A stretch of 64,000 nt of DNA from an uncultured Chloroflexia bacterium (GCA_963813335.1 CAWEYL010000001.1:1184001-1248000), one strand, 5' to 3'. Positions 1 through 9,410 are shown, counted from the stretch's first letter. Translations and numbers: made by a program. Notes: a model not told the origin generated them from the sequence alone.

Positions 1-77
1 GCGAGCAGATCGACACCTACGTCGACGCGGAACGCCAGATCGAGGGCGAGATGGCGAGGCGCAGGATCCGCGCCTGA
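1..77 (+). CDS. 3' end of a gene entering from the left (…EQIDTYVDAERQIEGEMARRRIRA*)
   Basis: Open frame 3-77 with GC3-rich codons ending in TGA at 75-77; partial, function unknown. Confidence 0.6.
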   Translation, partial: EQIDTYVDAERQIEGEMARRRIRA

Positions 78-96
78 CCGAGGGCGCCCGGCCCCC

Positions 97-546
97 TCAG
101 GCGGGGGCGGGCGCGAGGCGGATCGGCACGTCGAAGGATCGCTCGGACGGCTCGACCGCGGGATCGGCCGCCCTGGTCGGCACGACCTCCGCGGTCACAG
201 GCGCCGCGACGGCAGCCTCGTCGTCCACCGCCGCCGCGGCGGTCCCCGGGCCGACGGCCAGCGGCTCGGCCACGATCGCGACGGCCACCGGCCGACGCAT
301 CGCCTGCTCCTCCGCGATCACCTTCGCGGCGAGCCCGGCCAGACCCGGCATGTCGAAGAGGCTGAACCCGATACCCAGGCCGGCCAGCTCATCGGTGCTC
401 ATCCCGCGGAACTTCCCGCGGGCTGCGACGGCGCACATCTCGTCGTAGAGCTCCGGCCAGCCGACACGTCGACGGCGGTAGCAGAACCGCACGAACTCGA
501 CCGCGTCGGGGTCCGGTGTGCGCAGGCTCGCGCCGTGAGCGTCCAT
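97..546 (-). CDS. Hypothetical protein (149 aa; globular N-terminus FCYRRRRVGWPELYDEMC, Ala/Pro-rich tail)
   Basis: ATG at 546 preceded by GAGGGAGG SD-like sequence; strong GC3 codon bias. Confidence 0.75.
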   Translation of the reverse strand: MDAHGASLRTPDPDAVEFVRFCYRRRRVGWPELYDEMCAVAARGKFRGMSTDELAGLGIGFSLFDMPGLAGLAAKVIAEEQAMRRPVAVAIVAEPLAVGPGTAAAAVDDEAAVAAPVTAEVVPTRAADPAVEPSERSFDVPIRLAPAPA

Positions 547-749
547 CGATTCGCGCGCCCTCCCTCGACCTCCGCAGGCCGGCCGATGACCGGGCGACGG
601 AGGCAATACGAAACTCGTCCGACGGTCGGACGGATCGGATCCGCCCGCCGGAACATGGCCCCGGACGGTCCGGTCGCCGCATCCCTCGGGTCGATCGGCG
701 ACTGGTTGCCGACTATCGTAGGACCGCACCCCATCGGCGGGAAGGGGGC

Positions 750-782
750 TTGTCCACGACTTCGTCCACCAACTTATCCACA
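750..782 (+). promoter_or_regulatory. Three tandem DnaA-box-like 9-mers
   Basis: TTGTCCACG (750-758), TCGTCCACC (762-770) and perfect TTATCCACA (774-782), 12-bp periodicity. Confidence 0.6.
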
Positions 783-819
783 TGAACGCGCGTTCGGCGA
801 ACGGGCGTTCCCAACGTGC

Positions 820-1872
820 TCAGGCGACGGATCGGGCCAGTCCCAGGCCGGGAGCAGCCGGCAGGATCCAGCGGTGGTCGCCGCCGAGGACCAGCCCCTC
901 GAAGGGGTCGTCGGCCAGCAGCAGGCAGCCGTCGAGGTCGACCCAGTCCGCGAGCGACGCGACCGCCGCCGAGCCGGCGATCCCGACCGACGTCTCCTCC
1001 ATGCAGCCGAGGAACGTGCGGAAGCCGAGGTGGCGGGCGCGCTCGAGCATCGCCTTCGCCGGCGGCGATGCCGCCGCACTTGGCCAGCTTGACGTTGACC
1101 CCCTCGACGACCCCGACGAGCGAGTCGAGGTCCTCGTAGGTCACGGCGCTCTCGTCCGCCACGATCGGGATCGAGGAGCGCTCCTGGAGCCACGCGAGGT
1201 CGCGGTAGCGCGCGGGCCTGGAACGGCTGCTCGATGAGCTCGACGCCGAGCGCGACGATCTCGGGCAGCAGGCGCTCGGCATCGTCGCGCGTCCAGCCGG
1301 TGTTGGCATCGACCCGGATCGGCCCGCCGAAGACCTCGCGGACGGCGCGCAGCGTGGCGAGGTCCTGCGGCCCGCCGAGCTTGATCTTGAGCGCGGGGAA
1401 GGCGGCGGCCCGGGCCGCCCGCTCGGCGACGACCTCCGGCTCGTCGATGCCGATCGTGAAGTCGGTCGGCGGGATCGCCGGCGGGCAGCCGGATCAGCTC
1501 GTGCACCGGGATCCCGAGGACCTTGCCCACGAAGTCGTGCAGGGCGATGTCGACGGCGCACTTGGCCGCGCCGTTCCAGCGGATGGCGCGGTCCATGCGG
1601 GCCATCTCCTCGACCAGGCCCGTCGAGGTGCAGGCGGGCTCGCCGATCGCGGCGAGGAGGGTCGGCATCACCGCGACCATCGACTCGGGCGTCTCGCCGT
1701 AGAAGCGGTCGGGGTAGCCCTCGCCCAGGCCGACGATCCCCGGGTAGCGCTCGTCGCGCAGCTCGATGACCACCGTCGTCACGCCCTCGCCCGTGTGGTG
1801 ATCCGTGCGGGCGATGCGGAACGGGTCGCGCAGCGAGAGGTGCAGGACCTCGTGGCTGACGGTCAGACCCAT
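820..1872 (-). CDS. Dipeptide epimerase / enolase-superfamily racemase (L-Ala-D/L-Glu epimerase, DgcA-like); three apparent frameshifts
   Basis: Joined frames give PFRIAR, KIKLG, RVDAN, IEQP, ADES, NVKLAKCGG, GCMEET, DLDG motifs; frame breaks near 1480, 1215 and 1055. Confidence 0.85.
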
Positions 1873-2945
1873 GGCAGTGCATCCACGGCGTCGCGGATCG
1901 AGGCCCACAGGCGGTCGGCCCCGAAGCGGACCGGGTCGTCCGCCGGCAGGCCCGTGAGCTCGGCCACCTCGGCGATCAGCCGCCGCGCGTCGGCGTCGTC
2001 GCGATAGCGCGAGGTGTTCAGGGCCACGGCCACCACCTTCGACGGGGCGACCAGCCCGGCGACCTGCTCATGCAAGGCGATGAACTCGGGGAGTGGCGCG
2101 ATAGGGAATGTCACGTCGGGCAGGTGGTCGAAGTCGTGGTCGGTCATCCCGGGCTTGTAGACCATGATCATGGCCTGCGGGGTCGCGCCGTGGATGAGCC
2201 CGAGCGTCACCGAGGAATAGGCCGGGTGGTCCAGCGAACCCTGGCCCTCGACGAGGAGCCAGTCCCCCTGCGCCTCGCCCTGCTCGACGAGCCACTCGAC
2301 CGTGCCCTGGGTGAAGTCGCTGACCAGCCGGTCCACCGCGACGCCCCAGCCCTCGATCATCATCCCGGTCTGCCCGGTCGGCACGAAGACCGCGGACTGC
2401 CCGGCGGCCTTGGCGGCCTTGCGCAGCTCCAGGGCGACCGACATCTTGCCGATCGCGCAGTCCGTGGCGACGGTCAGGATCACCCGCTTCCCGGGGGCAT
2501 GGCGCCGCCCGACGGCGGTCTCCATCCGCTCGGGCGGGCGCCGGTAGTCGACGATGGCGGTCCCGCGGGCCGCGGCCGCGGCCGCGAACTCGGGGTCGTC
2601 GCCGATGAACGTGTGGAGGCCGCTCAGGACGTCGAGCCCGGCCGCGATGGCGGCGAGGATCGTGGCGCGCCATTCGGACGGGAGCTTCCCGCCGGTCGGG
2701 GCGATGCCGATCAGCAGGGCGTCGGGCGGCTCGGGTAGGGCGAGCGCCTCCCCCAGCGTCGCCACGATCGGGATGTCGTGGCCCGGGAGGAACTCCGCGA
2801 CGCTGCGGCCCGCCTGGGTGGAGTCCAGCACGGCGACGACGCGGTCGCGCCCGTAGCGGATCACCCCATAGGCGGTCTTGGCATGGTGTTCGCCGAATTG
2901 GCCCTCGGTGAGGACGAGGAGACGGCGCGGTTCGTAGGGAGGCAT
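1863..2945 (-). CDS. DUF1611 family P-loop protein (DgcN-like D-glutamate N-acetyltransferase)
   Basis: KTAYGVIRY, GIAPTGG, SGLH, TDCAIGKM, TGQTG, VEGQGSL motifs; overlaps the epimerase gene start. Confidence 0.88.
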   Translation of the reverse strand: MPPYEPRRLLVLTEGQFGEHHAKTAYGVIRYGRDRVVAVLDSTQAGRSVAEFLPGHDIPIVATLGEALALPEPPDALLIGIAPTGGKLPSEWRATILAAIAAGLDVLSGLHTFIGDDPEFAAAAAARGTAIVDYRRPPERMETAVGRRHAPGKRVILTVATDCAIGKMSVALELRKAAKAAGQSAVFVPTGQTGMMIEGWGVAVDRLVSDFTQGTVEWLVEQGEAQGDWLLVEGQGSLDHPAYSSVTLGLIHGATPQAMIMVYKPGMTDHDFDHLPDVTFPIAPLPEFIALHEQVAGLVAPSKVVAVALNTSRYRDDADARRLIAEVAELTGLPADDPVRFGADRLWASIRDAVDALPWV

Positions 2946-3003
2946 CCGCGGAGTCTACGAAAATCGAGGCCTCGGACGTGTGCGGTTCGACACGGCACCC
3001 ACG

Positions 3004-3126
3004 TCACTGGGCCGCGACCCAGACCGGCGTCTGCGGGAAGATGTCGTTGTTCGGCTCGGGATGCCACAGGATCCGGATGTCCGAGCCGTCCGGGCGCATC
3101 GTCGCGAGGCCGACGAAGTGGGAGCC
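3004..3126 (-). pseudogene. Orphan C-terminal gene fragment (HFVGLATMRPDGSDIRILWHPEPNNDIFPQTPVWVAAQ*), TolB/PD40 beta-propeller-like
   Basis: Good coding codon usage ending in TGA at 3006-3004; an in-frame TAA lies just upstream and there is no N-terminal part. Confidence 0.4.
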
Positions 3127-3411
3127 TTAAGGCCCATTCGCCGAACGGGTGGAGGTCCGCGAGTCACGCGTCGCGTGCGGACAGCCGTCCTCACCTACCC
3201 CTGCGTCCGTCAGTCGAGCCGGCGAGTGCCTTCCTTTGTGCGCTTCGTGGTGCAGAGGTGTGCGGTTTGAGGTATTGCAATGCCACCTGTCTGACACGAC
3301 GATGACAACGGGGTGCGACATGCACAACCCTGGATACGGCCCAGGCAGACGAATTTGGCTTGTCTCCCGCGTCACCGCCTCGCTGAGCGTCATCGTGCAC
3401 GCGGTCATTCG

Positions 3412-4182
3412 ATGAACGGCACTGCGCTCGCTCCTGTCAGCGCGCGCTGGGGTCGCCCGCTCCTGTTCGGGCTCACGATCAGCATCGGCCTGATCGCCAT
3501 CGCATTCGGCGCGGTGATGCTGCGGGCCACGCTCCGCGAGGGCGCACTTGCCATCGACTACCGGCTGTGGCTCACCATCGCCGACCGTTGGATCGCGACA
3601 GGCTCCATGTACGACCCTGGCCAGATCGCGGGTCCGTTCGACCCGCAGCCGATGGGCTGGACGACGATGGCCGCGCTGCCGAGCCTGTACCCGCCGCCGG
3701 CGATATTCCTGTTCCTGGCGTGCCGATTCATGCCTACGTTGCTGTGGTGGGCCATCCCGGTCGCCATCATCGCGTGGTCGGTCGCCGATCGCCGCCCGGC
3801 GGTGTGGACGTGGCCGCTCATGGCCGCGTGTTTCCTGTTCCCCTCCACATGGGTCATGTTCTGGGTCGGTAGCACGACGATGTGGGTCGTCGCCTTTGCG
3901 GCGCTGGCCCTCCGCTTCGGCTGGCCCGGCGTGATCATCCTGCTAAAGCCGTCCCTCGCGCCGTTCGCGCTCATCGGGATCCGCCGACGCTCGTGGTGGA
4001 TCGCGCTCACCGTATGGTGCGCGCTCGCGGTCATGATGCTCCCGGCGTGGCTCGACTACCTCGCCGTCGTTCGCAACGCGGGCGTCGGTCTCGGGTACTC
4101 GGTCGCGAACCTGCCGGCCATTGCGGTTCCGATCATCGCGTACCTCGGGCGTCAGGAGAACGGGCCTACGACCATCGAGTGA
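3412..4182 (+). CDS. Glycosyltransferase family 87 (DUF2029)-like polytopic membrane protein
   Basis: AIDYRLW, LYPPP and LLKP motifs; multiple TM segments. Confidence 0.75.
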   Translation: MNGTALAPVSARWGRPLLFGLTISIGLIAIAFGAVMLRATLREGALAIDYRLWLTIADRWIATGSMYDPGQIAGPFDPQPMGWTTMAALPSLYPPPAIFLFLACRFMPTLLWWAIPVAIIAWSVADRRPAVWTWPLMAACFLFPSTWVMFWVGSTTMWVVAFAALALRFGWPGVIILLKPSLAPFALIGIRRRSWWIALTVWCALAVMMLPAWLDYLAVVRNAGVGLGYSVANLPAIAVPIIAYLGRQENGPTTIE

Positions 4183-4369
4183 CGGTCCTCGCGACGGCCG
4201 ACCGGCCGACCCGGAACGGTGGACGATCGCCGCCGCGGCCCGGGCCGCCGGTCTCAGGGGCCAGACGGGTCCGACGTGGTGGCGCCATACGCGAACCGGT
4301 GTCCTCACGGACCGCTCAAGCCCGGTTCCTTACCAGGCCAAGTACATGGTTCACACAGGGGTCGAAAAC

Positions 4370-4446
4370 TGGTACCGCATACCGGATTCGAACCGGTGAT
4401 CTCCGCCTTGAGAGGGCGGTGTCCTGGGCCTCTAGACGAATGCGGC
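4370..4446 (-). tRNA. tRNA-Glu (anticodon CTC)
   Basis: Cloverleaf GCCGCAT…CCGCC-CTCTCAA-GGCGG…GGTTCGAATCC…ATGCGGT-A-CCA with encoded CCA; upstream extended -10 TGGTATCAT at 4491-4483. Confidence 0.97.
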
Positions 4447-4493
4447 GCAGGTGGTCGGGGCGTTCCCCCGGACCGGCTGCGGATGATACCAGC

Positions 4494-5384
4494 CTAGAGG
4501 CGGTTGGTCTCCAGGAACGCCCGGATCGCCTCGGCGACCTGCTGGTGGCTGGCCTCGCCGAGCACCAGCCCGTAGTGCGAGTGGGCGCCGAACGGCTCGT
4601 ACTCCGCATCGAGCCACTCGGCGAGGCGCTCGGAGTCGTCGGCCGGGACGGCCTGGTCGATGCCGCCGCCGATCACCAGCCGCGGCACGGCCTCGACGCC
4701 GCGCCGGTCGACCGACACGCCCGCCAGCATCTGGCGGCGGGCCGCCCCGGCCTCGTGCGGCTTCTGCCCGAGGAGGTGCTGGACGCGGAGCACGTCGGCG
4801 AGGGTCAGGTCGCGATGGTCGCGGAGCAGCTTCTCGGGCAGCGTCTCCCAGCCGATCATCGAGCGCCCGTAGACCTCGGGGATCTCGCGCAGCTCGTACG
4901 GACGTGCTGCCGGGCGCAGCTCGCGCGGCAGCTCGGCGCTGATGAGGACGATCCCGGACAGCGGCATCCGCTCGGCGGCCTTCAGCGCGAGCAGCCCGCC
5001 CATCCCGTGCCCGACCACCACCGTCGAGGGCCCCAGCCGCTCGAGCGCGGCGACCACGTCCTCCGTGTAGGTGTCGAAGGAGAGGTTGGCCGGGTCCGCG
5101 GTCAGCGACCAGAAGTGGTTGCGCAGGTTGAGCGCATGGCCCTCCCAGCCGCGTCCGGCGAAGTAGCCGAGGTAGCGCTCCCACAGCCACGAGCCCGTCA
5201 GCTCGCCGTGGATGAACAGGAGCGGCTTGCGCCGCGAGCGGCGCTCCGGCAGCCACGATTCGATGTAGAGCCCACGCTCGTGGAGCTCGATCTCGTCCTT
5301 GCGGATCGGTCGGCCGTTGACCGGCGGGAGCTGGGCCTGGGCGAGGATCGCGTCGGGGGTCTGGTCGTGCAACGGGCTCACCAT
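4494..5384 (-). CDS. Alpha/beta hydrolase-fold protein with Gly in place of the nucleophile Ser (GHGMGG)
   Basis: PLLFIHG, GHGMGGL, GGIDQAV and GAHSHYG motifs; ATG overlaps the end of the DUF1015 gene. Confidence 0.85.
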   Translation of the reverse strand: MVSPLHDQTPDAILAQAQLPPVNGRPIRKDEIELHERGLYIESWLPERRSRRKPLLFIHGELTGSWLWERYLGYFAGRGWEGHALNLRNHFWSLTADPANLSFDTYTEDVVAALERLGPSTVVVGHGMGGLLALKAAERMPLSGIVLISAELPRELRPAARPYELREIPEVYGRSMIGWETLPEKLLRDHRDLTLADVLRVQHLLGQKPHEAGAARRQMLAGVSVDRRGVEAVPRLVIGGGIDQAVPADDSERLAEWLDAEYEPFGAHSHYGLVLGEASHQQVAEAIRAFLETNRL

Positions 5385-6700
5385 TCGTGCGGGTTGATGA
5401 GGAGGCCGGTCAGGGCCTTGGGGTAGAAGTACGTGGACTTCTGGGGCATGACGTCGCCGTCGAGGGCCACCGCGGCGATCGACGCCACCGGGGTCGGCTC
5501 CAGCAGGAACGCCGCGGCGACGCCATCGGCGCCCCGGTCGACCCGGTCGATGGCATCGGCCGCCGACTTCGTGAACGCGACGGCACCGCCGGCGAGGGCC
5601 GCGGCATCGATCCCGAGCAGCCGGTCGAGGGCGACCGCGAGCAGGACCACGTCGAGGCGCCGCAGGGCGTCGCCACCGCTCGGCAGGGACGGCTCGAAGG
5701 CGTCGCGGCGGGCGACCAGGCGGGCGCCGCCGGCGCAGGTCCACAACCCGAAGCGGCCCTCGCCGCCGGCCGCGAGGCCGGCCGCCTCGAACTCGGCGCG
5801 GAGCGCGTCCGCCGACACGCCGCGCTCGATGTCGAACAGCTCGCCGGCGCGTTCGAGCAGGCCCGCGGCCGCGTCCCCGTCGAGGCCGCGGACGAGGCGG
5901 TGGGTCGGCAGCACCGTCAGCGGCTCTCCGTTCGCCGGCAGGAAGAGCATCAGCAGGTAGTCGAAGGCGGGGTCCTCCTCGCACGAGCGGCTCATCCGCC
6001 GCTCGTCCCGGTAGCGGAGGGCCGTCTCGTAGCGATGGTGGCCGTCGGCGATGGTCACCGGCCCGGCTCCGGCGGCGGCCGTGATCGCGGCCACCTCGCC
6101 CGCGAGCGGGCCGTCGGCGGGGACCGGCCACAGGCGATGGCGGACGCCGTCGTCGTCGAGGACGTCGACCTCGGGCAGCCCGTCGCTCAGCGCGGCCAGG
6201 CGCCGGCCGACGTCGGACCCGGGGTCCTCGAACAGGCCGATCACGGGGCTCGTGTTCACCCCGGTGGCGCGCAGCAGCTTGTAGCGGTCCTCCTTGGGAC
6301 CGGACAGCGTGCGCTCGTGGGCCAGCACGCCGGTCTCCGCCCCGAACGGGCCGAGGCGGAGCCTGGCGAAGAAGCCCCGCTGGGTCCGCTCCACGTCCGT
6401 CCCGGGCACGCGGTAGGCCTGCTCGTAGACGTAGATGGATGGGTGTGGGTCCTTGCGCAGGATCCCGCCCGAGCGCCAGGCGGCAAGGGTCCGCGCGGCA
6501 CGGCGGTAGCGGTCGTCCGGCTCGTCGCCGGGCGCCTCGTCGGGCAGGTCGAGGCGGACCACGTTGGCCTCGTGGCGGGCGAGCAGGCGGGCATGCTCGT
6601 CGGCGCCGATGACGTCGTATGGCGGGGCGACGACCTGGGCGAGGTCGCCGACGGCGGATGGGTCGAAGCGCAGGGCGCGGAAGGGTCGGATCTCGGGCAC
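5378..6700 (-). CDS. DUF1015 family protein
   Basis: IRPFRALR, APPYDVI, HERT, IADGHHRYETA and MPQKSTYFYPK motifs; GTG start. Confidence 0.92.
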   Translation of the reverse strand: MPEIRPFRALRFDPSAVGDLAQVVAPPYDVIGADEHARLLARHEANVVRLDLPDEAPGDEPDDRYRRAARTLAAWRSGGILRKDPHPSIYVYEQAYRVPGTDVERTQRGFFARLRLGPFGAETGVLAHERTLSGPKEDRYKLLRATGVNTSPVIGLFEDPGSDVGRRLAALSDGLPEVDVLDDDGVRHRLWPVPADGPLAGEVAAITAAAGAGPVTIADGHHRYETALRYRDERRMSRSCEEDPAFDYLLMLFLPANGEPLTVLPTHRLVRGLDGDAAAGLLERAGELFDIERGVSADALRAEFEAAGLAAGGEGRFGLWTCAGGARLVARRDAFEPSLPSGGDALRRLDVVLLAVALDRLLGIDAAALAGGAVAFTKSAADAIDRVDRGADGVAAAFLLEPTPVASIAAVALDGDVMPQKSTYFYPKALTGLLINPHEW

Positions 6701-6914
6701 GGGACCTTCGGGTGACGGCGGCGTGGGCCGGGCGGGCGGCACCATCGGCCGAACGGCTGCGGGACGTGTGCATCGTACGATAGCGACGGCCTGGAGGGCG
6801 AGAGCCCGGCCGATCCACGGTCGCACGGGGGCGAGCGTGGGCACCGCTCGCAACTTTCCGACGGAGTGAGACGTCCTTGCTCCGATCACGACCCGTCCTC
6901 CGCTCGGAGTCCAT

Positions 6915-9410
6915 GTGCGCGACCGACACCCGCCACCCGCCGGCGACCGTCGCCGGCCGATCGCCGCCCGTCTCCTCGTCCGATCGCTCCTCGCGCTCGC
7001 CGTCCCGGTCCTGAGCCTCGCGATCCTGCCCGTGTCGGTCGGCGCGGCCGAGGGCCTGACCATGGAAGGCCACGCGATGCTGGGCGGCCACGCCCGGGTC
7101 GGGTCGTGGATGGCGATCACGATCCACGTCAAGAACGACGGCCCCTCGGTCAGCGGGGAGCTGCGCCTCACCGGCGGGGCGCAGAGCCGGACGCGGTTCG
7201 GCCTGGTCGCGGACCTGCCCAACGGCTCGGACAAGACGTTCCTGCTGTATGCCCAGCCGCCGTCGTTCGGCCGGGACCTCGAGGTCTCCCTCGTGGACGG
7301 CGACACGACGATCGCCAAGACCAAGGTCGCCTTCACGGTCCACGACCTCACCCAGCTGGTGGTGGGTGTCGTGGCGGAGAAGCCCGGCGGCATCGTCGGG
7401 ACCATCGACCTGCTGCCCAACCCCAACCAGGTCGGCCCGCAGATCGCGCCGATCGAGCTGGCGGACCTCCCCGAGCGCGTCGAGGCCTGGGGCGGGCTCG
7501 ACCGCCTCGTCTGGCAGGACGCCGATTCGAGCCGCCTGACCGAGGGGCAGCTCCGGGCCCTCCAGGGCTGGGTCGCCGGCGGCGGCCGGCTGGTCATCGT
7601 CGGCGGGACGACCGGCCCGAACACGCTGTCGGCGTTCCCCGACTCGCTGCTGCCGTACCGCCCGACTGCCACGGTGGATGTCCCGGCGACCGCCCTCGCC
7701 GGCCTCATCGGCGAGGTCCCCGCGAACACCCCTGACGTGCCCGCCCTCGGCGGCATCATGATCGAGGGCCGGGTCCTGCTGACCAGCGGCGACCGGGTCA
7801 TCGCCGCGGAGCGAAGCCACGGGAACGGGTCCGTGACGATCGTCGGCGTCGACCCGACCGCCAAGTGGCTGGCGGATGGCACGGGCTCGGAGAACCTGTG
7901 GCGCCGGGTCCTGCCGGCGCGGTCGGCGAACGGCCTGGTCCTCTTCGACGACAGCCAGCTGGTCGGCGCGGTCTCGCAGCTCCCGTCCCTGGCGCTCCCC
8001 CCGATCGGCGGCCTGATCATCCTGCTGGTCGCCTACATCCTGCTGATCGGCCCGATCAACTACCTCGTGCTGCGCCGCCTCGACCGCCGGGAATGGGCCT
8101 GGGTGACCATGCCGGTGCTGATCGTGGTCTTCGCGGTCGGCGCCTACGGGTTCGGGGCCGCCCTGCGCGGCAGCGACGTCCTGGTCAACGAGGTCGCGCT
8201 GGTGCGCGGCTCGACCGGCGCCACCGACGGGACCGCGCAGGTCTACGTCGGCGTCTTCTCGCCGTCGCGCGGCTCGTACCAGGTCAGCGTCCCGGGGGGC
8301 GCGCTGCTGTCCTCGCCGATCAACGGGGAGTTCTTCGGCGGCGACAGCACCGCCGGCACGCTCGACGTCCTGCAGGGCGACCCGGCGAAGGTTCGCGACC
8401 TCGCGGTGGGCTTCGGGTCGCTGCGCACGATCCGGGCCGAGACGCCCATCGCGGTGCCGATGCTCAAGGCCGACATCTCCATCGTCGACGGGCGCCTCAA
8501 GGGCACGCTCGTGAACGAGTCGCAGACGACGCTCCAGCGGCCGGCCGTCGTGCTCGGCGGGACCGTGGCCGTGCTCGCCGACCTGGCGCCGGGCGCCTCG
8601 AAGTCGATCGACGTCGCCCTGGTCGCGGGGCAGTTCGGCCAGCCGCTGTCCGACAAGGTCGTCGGGCCGATGACCTTCGGCGATCCGAGCCAGTTCGACA
8701 CCACGATGGCGGACCAGTACATCCGCCACACCATCGTCGACCAGCTGACCTTCGACCCGAACTTCGGCTCGACGGGCCAGCTGTCGTCGGACAGCGCGGT
8801 CATCCTGGCCTGGGGGTCGGGCAGCCTGCTCCCGGTCGAGATCGCCGGGCAGACGCCGCGGGCGACGGGCAACGTCCTCTACTACCTGCCCACGCACGTC
8901 ACGGTCCGCGGCAAGACCACGTTCCGCGGCGACCTGCTGAGCTCGACGATCATCGACACTGACTCGCCGTTCTTCGGCAAGGACCCGATGAGCATCAGCA
9001 TCGGGCGCGGCCACGCGACGGTCTCCTACAAGCCCATCGCCTTCGACGGGACGCTGACGCCGACGGAGCTGGCGTTCGGGCTCAACCAGGGCGGCGACAC
9101 GACGAGCCTCTTCGGCGACCCCGAGTCGATCGAGCCCCTCGATTCCATCCCGGAGCCCTGCCCGGACCCGCCGACGGCGGACTGCGCCGCTGCCGGGTTC
9201 GACGGGATGCCCGAGGTGGAGCTGTTCGACCTCGACAAGGGCGCCTGGGTCCGTCTCCCGCACCTGACCGCGGGCACGCGCTACTCCCTCCCCCACCCGG
9301 CGCGCTACATCGATCCTACCGCCGGGACGGTCCTGGCCCGCTTCGTCAACGATCGGACCGACGGGATAGGCTTCCAGTTCGACCTGTCGATCACGGGGAC
9401 CGTCCGATGA
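6915..9410 (+). CDS. Large secreted/membrane protein (signal peptide, glutamine-amidotransferase-like domain, two TM helices)
   Basis: Hydrophobic N-terminus; WVAGGGRLVIVGG; YILLIGPINYLVLRRLDRREWAWVTMP; first gene of a coupled operon. Confidence 0.85.
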   Translation: MRDRHPPPAGDRRRPIAARLLVRSLLALAVPVLSLAILPVSVGAAEGLTMEGHAMLGGHARVGSWMAITIHVKNDGPSVSGELRLTGGAQSRTRFGLVADLPNGSDKTFLLYAQPPSFGRDLEVSLVDGDTTIAKTKVAFTVHDLTQLVVGVVAEKPGGIVGTIDLLPNPNQVGPQIAPIELADLPERVEAWGGLDRLVWQDADSSRLTEGQLRALQGWVAGGGRLVIVGGTTGPNTLSAFPDSLLPYRPTATVDVPATALAGLIGEVPANTPDVPALGGIMIEGRVLLTSGDRVIAAERSHGNGSVTIVGVDPTAKWLADGTGSENLWRRVLPARSANGLVLFDDSQLVGAVSQLPSLALPPIGGLIILLVAYILLIGPINYLVLRRLDRREWAWVTMPVLIVVFAVGAYGFGAALRGSDVLVNEVALVRGSTGATDGTAQVYVGVFSPSRGSYQVSVPGGALLSSPINGEFFGGDSTAGTLDVLQGDPAKVRDLAVGFGSLRTIRAETPIAVPMLKADISIVDGRLKGTLVNESQTTLQRPAVVLGGTVAVLADLAPGASKSIDVALVAGQFGQPLSDKVVGPMTFGDPSQFDTTMADQYIRHTIVDQLTFDPNFGSTGQLSSDSAVILAWGSGSLLPVEIAGQTPRATGNVLYYLPTHVTVRGKTTFRGDLLSSTIIDTDSPFFGKDPMSISIGRGHATVSYKPIAFDGTLTPTELAFGLNQGGDTTSLFGDPESIEPLDSIPEPCPDPPTADCAAAGFDGMPEVELFDLDKGAWVRLPHLTAGTRYSLPHPARYIDPTAGTVLARFVNDRTDGIGFQFDLSITGTVR

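Noticed and set aside
750-782. Replication origin (oriC)
   Set aside because: There are only three boxes, no AT-rich unwinding element, and no dnaA/dnaN/gid/parAB neighbours in view.
3180-3240. ZTP, c-di-GMP or c-di-AMP riboswitch (GACTGACGGA / CCGTCAG fragments)
   Set aside because: Only short sub-motifs match. The other conserved elements (GTGG…CCAC with GCCGACCG…TGGGC; GGCAAAC…GAAA; GGGGTGAATC) are absent.
2970-4446. Integrated mobile element with att sites at tRNA-Glu
   Set aside because: No duplicate of the tRNA 3' end and no integrase. The GGTTCGAC at ~2986 is on the wrong strand and does not match.
4494-9296. 1600-aa minus-strand ORF
   Set aside because: Only the last 296 codons (hydrolase) are real. 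The rest is an antisense or out-of-frame shadow of the DUF1015 and 6915-9410 genes, typical of high-GC DNA.
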